Below are positions 15,910-25,260 of a stretch of DNA of 40,633 nucleotides, piece by piece (the stretch's first letter is position 1; every line of letters begins with the position of its first letter). Made by a program: the position numbers and the translations under genes. The DNA is from Anaeromyxobacteraceae bacterium (GTDB lineage: Bacteria > Myxococcota > Myxococcia > Myxococcales > Anaeromyxobacteraceae): NCBI GenBank assembly GCA_036395165.1, contig DASWDS010000035.1, forward strand, positions 1 to 40,633, read 5' to 3'. The notes beneath the pieces were generated by a model that saw only the letters and a program-made list of their open reading frames with translations, did no database searches and was not told the DNA's origin.

Positions 15910-18414
15910 TCACGACGTCGCCTGGGGCCTCGTCCGCCTCAGCGCCTCGCCCACGCGGGCGACGAGGGCGTCGGCCGTGAACGGCTTCTCGAGGACCTGC
16001 TCGGCGGCGTCGGGGCTCACGAAGCGCTCCGAGTACCCCGACATGAGCACGACCGGCAGCTCCGGCCGCAGCGCACCGACCGCGGCGGCGAGCTCGGTCC
16101 CCGACATCTGCGGCATCACGACGTCCGTGAGGACGAGGTCGACCGGGCCGTCCGCCTGCACGTGATGGAGCGCCGCGGCCCCGCTGCTGACGTCGAGCAC
16201 GCGATAGCCGCTCGCCTCGAGCATCCGCCGCACGCTCCTGCGCACCGTGTCCTCGTCCTCCACGACCAGGATCGTCTCGTCGTGGGGGCGCGTGGCCGGC
16301 GCCTGCGCCCGGGTCGCGTCCTCCCTCGGGTCGGCCTCGCAGGCCGGCAGGTACACCGTGAACGTCGTCCCGCGACCGGGCGTGGAGCTCACCGCGACGT
16401 GCCCGCCCGCGTCCCGCACGATGCCGTACACGGTCGAGAGCCCCAGCCCCGTGCCCCTCCCCTCCGGCTTGGTGGTGAAGAAGGGCTCGAAGATGTTCGG
16501 GAGCACCTCGTCGCCGATCCCGCAGCCCGTGTCCGCGACGGTGAGGACGGCGTATCGCCCTGGCGCGAGCTCCTCGGCGTCCGCCGGAGGTCGCTCCAGC
16601 GCCACGTTGCTCGTCTCGATGCGGAGCTCGCCTCCCTCCGCCATCGCGTCCCGGGCGTTCACGGCGAGGTTCACCAGGACCTGCTCGAGCTGCCCGGGGT
16701 CGATGCGCGTCGGCCACGGCGCGGTCTCGAGCGCGATGGAGAGGGTCACGTCCTCGCCGATCGCGCGCCGCACGATGGGGTCGATCCGTCGAACCACCGT
16801 GCTGAGGTCCACGGCCGAGGGCCGGAAGGCGCTCTTCCGGGCGAAGGTGAGGAGCTGGCGCACGAGCTGGGCGGCGCGCTCCCCGGCCCCCTTGATCTCC
16901 TGCGCGTCCTCGCGCCGGGGATCTCCCGCGTCGAAGCTCTCCAGGAGGAAGCTGGAGCAGCTCAGGATCGAGACCAGCAGGTTGTTGAAGTCGTGCGCGA
17001 TCCCGCTCGCCAGCCGGCCGACGGCGTCCATCTTCTGCGCCTGCAGGAGCTGCTCCCGCGCGCGGCGGTGCTCGCTGACGTCCATGAAGAGGCCCACCGC
17101 GCCGACCACGCGGCCATCGGGGTCGCGCAGCGCGCTCCACGAGACGTTGATCCAGACGTCCGAGCCGCCCGGGCGGCGCATCACGAACTCGCGCTTGACG
17201 CTCTCACCCCGCGACACGGCCTCGAGGTCTGACTCCGCACGGGCTCGTCCCAGCTCCGGGAGGACGTCGAGGAGCCGCCGGCCGAGCAGGGCGTCCGGGG
17301 TCGCGCCGAAGAGCGTGGCGGCACGGGCGTTCACGAACTCCGTGGTGCCCTGCACGTCCACGATCCAGATCCCCTCACTCGACGTCTCGAGGACGCGCGC
17401 GAGCCGCTCCTGGCTCGCCCGGAGCGCTGCCTCGGCGCGCCGGCGAATGGTGATGTCGCGGTTCACGGTCACGTAACCGGTGATGTGGCCATCGTCTGCG
17501 CGGAGCACCACCGCGTGGCCCTCGACGTCGGCGGACGCGCCGGAACGGAGCGCGCGACGGACCTCGAACTTCAGCTGACCCAGGCGGTCGAGCGCCGCGA
17601 CGAACTCCGGATACGTGTAGCCCTTGTACTCGCTGGGGAGCACCTCGTTCAGCGGGCGCCCGATCACCTCGTGCGCGGCAAAGCCGTAGATCCGCTCGGC
17701 GGCGGGATTCCAGGAGCGGATCACGTGGTCCGAGTCGAGCCCGATGACCGCGTCGTACAGGTTCCGGAGCAGCTCCGCCTGGTAAGAGATCGCCCGGAGC
17801 TCCTGCTTGCGCTCGCTCACGTCACGGACGATGGCCTGGAAGAACCACCGGCCCTCCGCCTCGAACCCCCGGGCGCTCACCTCCACCTGGAGCGTCGTGC
17901 CGTCGCGCCTCCGGTGGACGGTCTCGTACCGCAGTCGCCCGTCCCGCCGGAGCCGCTCGATCTGCGCGTCGAGGTCATCGGCGTGGCCCGGTGCGCGGAG
18001 CGCTCGGAGGTGGAGCCCGGCGAGCTCCTCGCTCGACCAGCCGTACTGCTCCTGCACGCGGGCGTTGGCCCGGACGATCCGGCCGGCGTCGTCGATCATC
18101 ATGACTGCGTCGTCGGCGTGCTCCGAGAGGAGCTCCAGGTGGCGCGCATGCGCCTCACGTGCCCGCGCCTCCTCGTAACGCGCGCGCTCGAGCAGCGCGG
18201 CCTGGTGCCGCCACCACAGCGCAATCGCCCCGACCGCGCTGCCCATCAGGAGGAGGACGAGCAACGCCAGCCTCACGGCCTGCGTCCGGGCCGGCGCCAG
18301 CATCTCCTGCAAGTCCATCTTGGAGAGACCGGCGACGCCGATGCCGGCGACGAGCAGCGCCACGGCGAAGGAAGAGAACCTCAACAGTCGGAAGGTGCCG
18401 GGAGGCGAGGCCAT
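15910..18414 (-). CDS. Membrane-bound hybrid sensor histidine kinase (2 TM, 3 PAS, HisKA, HATPase, REC)
   Basis: GIAHDFNNLL H-box, NLAVNARDAM, FEPFFTTK, GTGLGL, LVVEDE...LTDVVMP receiver. Confidence 0.92.
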   Translation of the reverse strand: MASPPGTFRLLRFSSFAVALLVAGIGVAGLSKMDLQEMLAPARTQAVRLALLVLLLMGSAVGAIALWWRHQAALLERARYEEARAREAHARHLELLSEHADDAVMMIDDAGRIVRANARVQEQYGWSSEELAGLHLRALRAPGHADDLDAQIERLRRDGRLRYETVHRRRDGTTLQVEVSARGFEAEGRWFFQAIVRDVSERKQELRAISYQAELLRNLYDAVIGLDSDHVIRSWNPAAERIYGFAAHEVIGRPLNEVLPSEYKGYTYPEFVAALDRLGQLKFEVRRALRSGASADVEGHAVVLRADDGHITGYVTVNRDITIRRRAEAALRASQERLARVLETSSEGIWIVDVQGTTEFVNARAATLFGATPDALLGRRLLDVLPELGRARAESDLEAVSRGESVKREFVMRRPGGSDVWINVSWSALRDPDGRVVGAVGLFMDVSEHRRAREQLLQAQKMDAVGRLASGIAHDFNNLLVSILSCSSFLLESFDAGDPRREDAQEIKGAGERAAQLVRQLLTFARKSAFRPSAVDLSTVVRRIDPIVRRAIGEDVTLSIALETAPWPTRIDPGQLEQVLVNLAVNARDAMAEGGELRIETSNVALERPPADAEELAPGRYAVLTVADTGCGIGDEVLPNIFEPFFTTKPEGRGTGLGLSTVYGIVRDAGGHVAVSSTPGRGTTFTVYLPACEADPREDATRAQAPATRPHDETILVVEDEDTVRRSVRRMLEASGYRVLDVSSGAAALHHVQADGPVDLVLTDVVMPQMSGTELAAAVGALRPELPVVLMSGYSERFVSPDAAEQVLEKPFTADALVARVGEALRRTRPQATS

Positions 18415-18764
18415 TCGATCCCCTGCTCTTGGAAGTGCCGTACCAAGGAGGGGTCGGTCGCGGGCACCGCGCTGGCGGGGCTCGTATCGCCGTATCCATC
18501 GACGTTTGCGCCTGATCGTGTGCGGCGCCGCGGCAGGCGCGCGAGCTGGTGCGCGCTCGACCCCGGGTCGCCACGGGGCGCACCGTCGCCAGGGCCACGA
18601 GTCGCGACGCGACCACGGACCCATGCCGCGGAACGTCACGATCCTGACCCGTCGAGCGCGACCCGGGGCGCCGTACACCCGTCGATTGTGCGCGACCTCC
18701 CGACGGATCGCTGCGGCGCCGGCGTTGCAACGGGGGCATCCAGCTCGACTCACTCGGGAGAACG

Positions 18765-20579
18765 ATGAAGCGGCTCCTCTACTTCAGGCAATGGCCGATC
18801 CTCCCGAAGATCATGACCATCTCGGTCATCAGCGTCTCCTTCGTGAGCGCGGTGATCCTCTTCTTCTTCTCTCCGCACATCGAGCGGAAGCTGCTGGAGG
18901 CGAAGAAGGAGGGGCTCAAGAACGTCGTCGACGTCGCGTTCGCCGTCTTCCACGAGTACGACGCGCTCGCCAGGAACGGGCAGCTGACCCTCGCCGAGGC
19001 CCAGGCGCGAGCCGCCCGGAAGATCGGCGAGCTGCGCTATGGCGACAAGGAGTACTTCTGGATCAACGACGTCGAGATGAGGATGGTCATGCACCCCATC
19101 CGGCCGGAGCTGGATGGGAAGGACCAGACGAACACGCAGGATCCCAGCGGAAAGTACCTCTTCAGGGATTTCGTGAACGCCACGAGGAGCAATGGGTCCG
19201 GGGTCGTCGCGTACCTGTGGCCCAAGCCCGGAGAGCACGCGGCCGTCGCCAAGATCTCGTACGTGAGGCTCTACGAGCCCTGGGGCTGGGTGCTCGGCAG
19301 CGGACTCTACGTGGACGACGTCGAGAAGGAGATGGACCGGGTCCGTTGGGTGCTGATCACGGGCACCATCCTGTTCACGGTGGTCACGCTGAGCTTTGCC
19401 GGCCTGATCGGCGCCGGCATCACCCGGCCCCTGAGGAAGGTGATCGACGGGCTCCAGGAGATCGCGAGCGGCAAGGGCGACATCGTCCTCAACAAGCGCA
19501 TCGCCATCACCTCCATCGACGAGATCGGCCTCCTCTCCTCCGAGTTCAACAGCCTGATGGAGTCGATCGGCAGTCTCACGGTCTTCAAGAAGGTGATCGA
19601 GGAGGACGACTCCGTCGAGGAGGTCTACCGCCGCCTGGGCGAGGTCTTCACGGGGCAGCTCGGCCTCGGCGGCTGCCACATCTACGAGGTCATCGGCCAG
19701 CAGGAGAAGATGGTGCAGGTCTATCCCGTCGCGGGTGGGCGGGGTGAGCTGCACTGCGATCCGGAGGTCGAGGGGAACTGCGAGCTGTGCAAGGCGAAGA
19801 GGACCGCGCACACCATCTCCTCCCTCACGTATCCCTCCATCTGCAGGCACTTCCGCGCCGAGCCGGGCCAGCAGCACTGCTGCATCCCGCTCGTGGTCGG
19901 CGGCGGCACGGTCGGCGTCGTCCAGCTCCTCTTCGACGCCAGCGAGGGCCGCGCCTCGTTCCGCGAGCACGAGGCCAAGCTCTTCAAGGTCGAGCAGTAC
20001 ATCAAGGAATCGCTGCCGGTCATCGAGACGAAGCGGCTCATGAACACGCTGCGGGAGGCGTCGCTCCGCGATCCGATGACGGGGCTCCACAACCGGAGAT
20101 ACCTGCAGGAATACACCGAGAAGATCGTCGCCGGGGTCACGCGCAGGGGGAAGAAGATCGGCCTCGTCATGTGCGACCTCGACTACTTCAAGCAGGTCAA
20201 CGACACGCACGGCCACGCCGCCGGCGACCTCGTCCTCAAGGAGACGGCGGCCATCATCGCGCGGAGCGTCAGGCAGTCGGACATCGTCATCCGGTTCGGC
20301 GGCGAGGAGTTCCTCGTCGTCCTGCTCGACGTGAACGAGGGCGAGGCGATGACGGTGGCCGAGAAGATCCGCGAGCGGGTCCAGGCGGCCAAGATCAAGC
20401 TCCCCGACGGCACGCTCAACAAGACCATCAGCCTCGGGATCAGCGAGTTCCCCACCGACACGAACACCTTCTGGCACTGCATCAAGTTCGCGGACGTAGC
20501 GCTCTACAGGGCGAAGGAGACGGGGCGGAACAGGAGCGTCCGCTTCGAGAGCGCCATGTGGAAGGAAGAGCAGTTCTAG
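18765..20579 (+). CDS. Diguanylate cyclase (single Cache, HAMP, GAF-like, GGEEF)
   Basis: YFWIND..MVMHP Cache motif, DEIG HAMP, DLDYFKQVNDTHGH, RQSD I-site and RFGGEEF. Confidence 0.92.
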   Translation: MKRLLYFRQWPILPKIMTISVISVSFVSAVILFFFSPHIERKLLEAKKEGLKNVVDVAFAVFHEYDALARNGQLTLAEAQARAARKIGELRYGDKEYFWINDVEMRMVMHPIRPELDGKDQTNTQDPSGKYLFRDFVNATRSNGSGVVAYLWPKPGEHAAVAKISYVRLYEPWGWVLGSGLYVDDVEKEMDRVRWVLITGTILFTVVTLSFAGLIGAGITRPLRKVIDGLQEIASGKGDIVLNKRIAITSIDEIGLLSSEFNSLMESIGSLTVFKKVIEEDDSVEEVYRRLGEVFTGQLGLGGCHIYEVIGQQEKMVQVYPVAGGRGELHCDPEVEGNCELCKAKRTAHTISSLTYPSICRHFRAEPGQQHCCIPLVVGGGTVGVVQLLFDASEGRASFREHEAKLFKVEQYIKESLPVIETKRLMNTLREASLRDPMTGLHNRRYLQEYTEKIVAGVTRRGKKIGLVMCDLDYFKQVNDTHGHAAGDLVLKETAAIIARSVRQSDIVIRFGGEEFLVVLLDVNEGEAMTVAEKIRERVQAAKIKLPDGTLNKTISLGISEFPTDTNTFWHCIKFADVALYRAKETGRNRSVRFESAMWKEEQF

Positions 20580-20756
20580 ACCCGGCCTCGTCGTCGCTGG
20601 TGGAGGCGAGGCGCTCGGCAGCTCCGTCGGCGCGCACCACGGGCGCGCTCCACGGCAGGGGCATTCCGGGAGGGACCCTGCCTTGGCCTGCTCCTTGAAT
20701 CGGAGCTCTTCCGGCGTTAGGGCCTCGCCGAAGACCCCGCGAGGCCCCGAGGCTCC

Positions 20757-23429
20757 ATGGACCAGCGCACCGACTTGAAGCGCTCCGACGTCGATCCGCA
20801 GGAGACGCGCGAGTGGCTCGAAGCGCTCGAGGGCGTCCTCGAGCGCGAGGGTCCCGACCGCGCTCACTTCCTCATCGAGGAGCTCATCGATCGCGCCCGC
20901 CGGGCGGGCGCCGACCTGCCCTTCTCGGCCAACACCGCCTACGTCAACACCATCCCGGTGGAGCAGCAGCCGCGGTTCCCCGGGGACTTCGGGCTCGAGC
21001 AGACCATCCGCCACCACATCCGCTGGAACGCGATGGCGATGGTGGTGCGCGCGAACAAGCACACCAACGTGGGCGGCCACATCGCGAGCTTCGCCTCGGC
21101 GGCCACGCTCTACGACGTCGGGTACAACCACTTCTGGCGCTCCTGGACGAAGGACCGCGGCGGCGATCTCGTCTTCATCCAGGGCCACTCGGCGCCCGGC
21201 ATCTACGCGCGCGCGTTCCTCCTCGGGCTCATCAGCGCGGAGCAGCTCGACAACTTCAGGCAGGAGGTGGACGGCAAGGGTCTCTCGTCGTACCCGCACC
21301 CGTGGCTCATGCCGGAGTTCTGGCAGTTCCCGACGGTCTCGATGGGCCTCGGCCCGCACATGGCCATCTACCAGGCCAAGTTCATGAAGTACCTGCACGA
21401 CCGGGGGCTCGCCGACACGTCGGACCGGAAGGTGTGGGCCTTCTGCGGCGACGGCGAGATGGACGAGCCGGAGTCGCTCGGCGCGATCGGGATGGCCGGC
21501 CGGGAGAGGCTCGACAACCTCATCTTCGTCGTCAACTGCAACCTGCAGCGGCTCGACGGCCCCGTCCGCGGCAACGGCAAGATCATCCAGGAGCTGGAGA
21601 GCCTGTTCCGCGGCGCCGGGTGGAACGTCATCAAGGTCATCTGGGGCCGCCACTGGGACCCGCTCTTCGCGAAGGACAAGAACGGCGCGCTGCGGCGCCG
21701 GATGATGGAGGTCGTCGACGGCGAGTACCAGACGTACAAGGCGAAGGACGGCGCCTACGTGCGCGAGAAGTTCTTCAACACGCCGGAGCTGCAGGACATG
21801 GTCGCCGAGATGTCCGACCAGGACATCTGGCTCCTCAACCGCGGCGGGCACGATCCGTTCAAGGTGTACGCTGCGTACGACGCCGCCGTGAAGCACGAGG
21901 GCGAGCCCACCGTCATCCTCGCCAAGACCATCAAGGGCTACGGCATGGGCGCCGCCGGCGAGGCGATGAACATCGCCCACCAGGCGAAGAAGGTCTCGGT
22001 GGACGCCATCCGCCGCTTCCGCGACCGCTTCGGCCTGCCGGTGCCGGACGACCAGCTGGAGGAGGTGCCATATCTGAAGTTCGAGGAGGGCTCGCGCGAG
22101 CTGGAGTACGTGAAGGCGCGCCGCGCAGAGCTCGGGGGCGATCGGCCCAAGCGGCGCCCCAAGGCGCCCTACGCGCTCGAGGTCCCGCCGCTCTCGGCGT
22201 TCGATCGCCTCCTCAAGAGCACCGAGGATCGCGAGATCTCGACCACCATGGCGTTCGTCGAGCTCCTGCGCGTCCTCCTGCGCGACAAGAAGATCGCGAA
22301 GCACGTGGTGCCGATCATCCCGGACGAGTCGCGCACGTTCGGCATGGAGGGCCTCTTCCGGCAGTTCGGCATCTGGAGCCAGGTCGGGCAGCTCTACGTC
22401 CCCGAGGACTCCCAGCAGCTCATGTTCTACAAGGAGTCGAAGGACGGGCAGATCATCGAGGAGGGGATCACCGAGGCCGGCGCGATGTGCGACTGGATGG
22501 CCGCCGCGACGGCGTACTCCATCCACGCGACCCCCATGATCCCGTTCTACATCTTCTACTCGATGTTCGGGTTCCAGCGCGTCGGCGACTTCGCCTGGGC
22601 CTCGGGCGACATGCGGTCGCGCGGCTTCCTCGTCGGCGGCACCGCCGGGCGCACGACGCTGAACGGTGAGGGGCTGCAGCACGAGGACGGCCACTCTCAC
22701 GTCTTCTCGTCCGTCATCCCGAACTGCCGCTCGTACGATCCCACCTTCGGCTACGAGCTCGCCGTCGTCATCCAGGACGGCATGCGCCGCATGTACGCCG
22801 AGCAGGAGGACGTCTACTACTACCTGACGGTGATGAACGAGAACTATGCCCACCCCGCGATGCCCGAGGGCGCCGCGCCCGACATCCTCAAGGGCATGTA
22901 CCTCTTCAAGCGCGGCGCCGAGATGGGCGGCGGCCCGCGCGTGCAGCTCCTCGGCTCGGGGACGATCTTCCGCGAGGTGATCGCGGCCGCCGACCTCCTC
23001 AAGTCCCACTGGGGCGTCGACGCCGACCTGTGGGCGTGCCCGAGCTTCACCGAGCTCGCGCGCGACGGGATGGCGACGGCGCGCGAGAACCTGCTCCACC
23101 CGGGTGCCGAGCCGAAGCGGTCGCACGTCGAGGCGCGCCTCGCCGGCACGAAGGGCCCGGTCGTCGCCGCGACCGATTACGTGCGCGCCTTCGCCGAGCA
23201 GATCCGGCCCTACGTGCCGCGCCGCTACCTCGTCCTCGGAACGGACGGCTACGGCCGCTCCGACACGCGCGAGAAGCTGCGCCGCTTCTTCGAGGTCGAT
23301 CGCCACTACGTCGCGGCCGCGGCCCTGAAGGCGCTCGCCGACGACGGGGCGCTCCCGGTGGCGAAGGTGGACGAGGCCATCGAGAAGTACGCGATCGACC
23401 GCGCGAAGCCGGCGCCCTGGACGGTGTAG
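20757..23429 (+). CDS. aceE: Pyruvate dehydrogenase E1, homodimeric type
   Basis: DVDPQETREW, GDGEMDEPES, NCNLQRLDGP, GEGLQH, LGTDGYGRSD. Confidence 0.97.
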   Translation: MDQRTDLKRSDVDPQETREWLEALEGVLEREGPDRAHFLIEELIDRARRAGADLPFSANTAYVNTIPVEQQPRFPGDFGLEQTIRHHIRWNAMAMVVRANKHTNVGGHIASFASAATLYDVGYNHFWRSWTKDRGGDLVFIQGHSAPGIYARAFLLGLISAEQLDNFRQEVDGKGLSSYPHPWLMPEFWQFPTVSMGLGPHMAIYQAKFMKYLHDRGLADTSDRKVWAFCGDGEMDEPESLGAIGMAGRERLDNLIFVVNCNLQRLDGPVRGNGKIIQELESLFRGAGWNVIKVIWGRHWDPLFAKDKNGALRRRMMEVVDGEYQTYKAKDGAYVREKFFNTPELQDMVAEMSDQDIWLLNRGGHDPFKVYAAYDAAVKHEGEPTVILAKTIKGYGMGAAGEAMNIAHQAKKVSVDAIRRFRDRFGLPVPDDQLEEVPYLKFEEGSRELEYVKARRAELGGDRPKRRPKAPYALEVPPLSAFDRLLKSTEDREISTTMAFVELLRVLLRDKKIAKHVVPIIPDESRTFGMEGLFRQFGIWSQVGQLYVPEDSQQLMFYKESKDGQIIEEGITEAGAMCDWMAAATAYSIHATPMIPFYIFYSMFGFQRVGDFAWASGDMRSRGFLVGGTAGRTTLNGEGLQHEDGHSHVFSSVIPNCRSYDPTFGYELAVVIQDGMRRMYAEQEDVYYYLTVMNENYAHPAMPEGAAPDILKGMYLFKRGAEMGGGPRVQLLGSGTIFREVIAAADLLKSHWGVDADLWACPSFTELARDGMATARENLLHPGAEPKRSHVEARLAGTKGPVVAATDYVRAFAEQIRPYVPRRYLVLGTDGYGRSDTREKLRRFFEVDRHYVAAAALKALADDGALPVAKVDEAIEKYAIDRAKPAPWTV

Positions 23430-23434
23430 CCGCC

Positions 23435-25234
23435 ATGGCCACCATCGAGGTCAAGGTCCCTGCGCTCGGCGACTACAAGGACGTGCCCGTCATCGACGTG
23501 CTGGTGAAGCCGGGCGACGTCGTCCAGCCCGACGACGGCCTCGTCACGCTCGAGTCGGACAAGGCGACGATGGACGTCCCCGCCCCCGCCGCCGGCAAGG
23601 TGAAGGAGCTCAAGGTCAAGGTCGGCGACCGCGTGAGCGAAGGGGCGCTGGTGCTCACGCTCGAGGCGGCGGAGGCGAAGGGCGCGAAAGCGGAGGCGAA
23701 GCCCGCGAGGACGGATGGGACGGCGGCCCAGCCGCGGCAGGGCGCGCGCGCCGAGCCCTCGCGCCCGGAGCCGTCCAGGGCGCAGCCGCCCAGAGCCGAG
23801 CCGAAGCGCGAGAGGGACGAGGCCGCCTCCGCGAAGCCGGCGGAGGCCGCGAAGGCGCCGGGTGGCGGGATCGTCGAGGTGAAGGTGCCCTCGCTCGGCG
23901 ACTACGAGGACGTGCCGGTCATCGACGTGCTGGTGAAGCCGGGCGACGTCGTGAGCGCCGAGGCCGGGCTCGTGACGCTCGAGTCGGACAAGGCCACCAT
24001 GGACGTCCCGTCGCCGGCGGCCGGGACGGTGAAGGAGCTCAAGGTCAAGGTCGGCGATCGCGTGAGCGAGGGCGCCGTGGTGCTGCTCCTCGAGGCCGAG
24101 GGTGCGGCGGCCAAGGGCGAGCGCGCGAGACCAGCGGAGACCGGGACGCCCATTCCCTCTCCCCTACCGGGGGAGAGGGCCAGGGAGAGGGGGCCGCACG
24201 ACGAGCGCCGACCCTCTCCCCGACCCTCCCCCTTCCAGGGGGAGGGGGACGAAACCGCGCCTCCAGCGGAGACCCCGACCGCTCCTCCGATCCCGACCCC
24301 GCAAGCGGAGCCGTCCGAGGCGAAGCCGCCCGCCCACGTGCACGCTTCACCGAGCGTCCGGAAGCTCGCGCGCGAGCTCGGCGTCGAGCTGGCGCAGGTG
24401 AAGGGGTCGGGGCCGAAGGGGCGGATCCTCCAGCCCGACGTGCAGGGCTTCGTGAAGGAGGTGATGAGCGGCGCCGCGGTCGCGCGCGACGCGGGGCCGG
24501 GCCTGTCGCTCCCGCCGTGGCCGAAGGTGGACTTCGCGAAGTTCGGGCCCGTCGAGGCGAAGCCGCTCACGCGGATCCAGAAGATCGCCGGGCCGGCGCT
24601 GTCGCGCAACTGGGTCATGATCCCGCACGTCACGCAGTTCGACGAGGCGGACGTCACCGACCTCGAGGCGTTCCGGGTTCAGCTCAACGCCGAGGCGGCG
24701 AAGACCGGCGTGAAGGTCACGATCCTCGCCTTCCTCGTGAAGGCGTGCGTCGCGGCCCTCCGGCGGTTCCCCGAGGTGAACGCGTCGCTCGAGGGCGACC
24801 ACCTCGTCCTGAAGCGCTACTTCCACATCGGCTTCGCGGCGGACACGCCGAACGGCCTCGTCGTACCCGTCGTGAAGAACGCGGACCAGAAGGGCGTCGT
24901 CGCCATCGCGCAGGAGCTCGCCGGGCTCGCGGCGAAGGCGCGCGAGGGAAAGCTGCAGGCGACCGACATCCAGGGCGGCAGCTTCTCCATCTCGAGCCTG
25001 GGCGGCATCGGCGGCACCGCCTTCACGCCCATCGTCAACGCGCCCGAGGTCGCGATCCTCGGCGTCTCGCGCGCGGCGACGAAGCCGGTCTGGGACGGCA
25101 AGGCGTTCGCGCCGCGGCTCGTGCTGCCGCTCTCGCTCTCCTACGACCATCGCGTCGTCGACGGCGCGCTCGCCGCTCGCTTCACCACCTTCCTCGCGCA
25201 GGTCCTCGGGGACATGCGCAGGGCCATGTTGTAG
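23435..25234 (+). CDS. aceF: Dihydrolipoamide acetyltransferase E2 with two lipoyl domains
   Basis: Two LESDKATMDVP lipoyl motifs, HASPSVRKLARE E3-binding domain, DHRVVDG catalytic motif. Confidence 0.96.
   Translation: MATIEVKVPALGDYKDVPVIDVLVKPGDVVQPDDGLVTLESDKATMDVPAPAAGKVKELKVKVGDRVSEGALVLTLEAAEAKGAKAEAKPARTDGTAAQPRQGARAEPSRPEPSRAQPPRAEPKRERDEAASAKPAEAAKAPGGGIVEVKVPSLGDYEDVPVIDVLVKPGDVVSAEAGLVTLESDKATMDVPSPAAGTVKELKVKVGDRVSEGAVVLLLEAEGAAAKGERARPAETGTPIPSPLPGERARERGPHDERRPSPRPSPFQGEGDETAPPAETPTAPPIPTPQAEPSEAKPPAHVHASPSVRKLARELGVELAQVKGSGPKGRILQPDVQGFVKEVMSGAAVARDAGPGLSLPPWPKVDFAKFGPVEAKPLTRIQKIAGPALSRNWVMIPHVTQFDEADVTDLEAFRVQLNAEAAKTGVKVTILAFLVKACVAALRRFPEVNASLEGDHLVLKRYFHIGFAADTPNGLVVPVVKNADQKGVVAIAQELAGLAAKAREGKLQATDIQGGSFSISSLGGIGGTAFTPIVNAPEVAILGVSRAATKPVWDGKAFAPRLVLPLSLSYDHRVVDGALAARFTTFLAQVLGDMRRAML
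23447..24096 (+). repeat. Internal duplication encoding the two lipoyl domains
   Basis: 23447-23667 and 23876-24096 are closely similar at the DNA level, offset by 429 bp. Confidence 0.85.
24155..24254. repeat. REP-like multi-hairpin palindromic element inside the aceF linker
   Basis: CCCTCTCCCC/GGGGAGAGGG, GGGAGAGGG/CCCTCTCCC and CCCTCCCCC/GGGGGAGGG inverted repeats; its 17-mer end is identical to the intergenic element at 34778-34794. Confidence 0.75.
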
Positions 25235-25260
25235 CGATCGACGCTCGGTCGCGGTGGCGA

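Noticed and set aside
18714-18729. Possible sigma-54 promoter CGGCGCCGGCGTTGCA before the cyclase
   Set aside because: GG-N10-GC arises easily by chance at this GC content, and the -24 element deviates from TGGCAC.
18750-23306. 1518-aa minus-strand ORF
   Set aside because: It is the antisense shadow of the cyclase and aceE genes; stop codons are rare in GC-rich DNA and it has no recognisable motifs.
23747-23806. Four degenerate 15-bp repeats (RAEPS/RPEPS/RAQPP/RAEPK)
   Set aside because: Ordinary low-complexity E2 linker; not a CRISPR array or mobile repeat.
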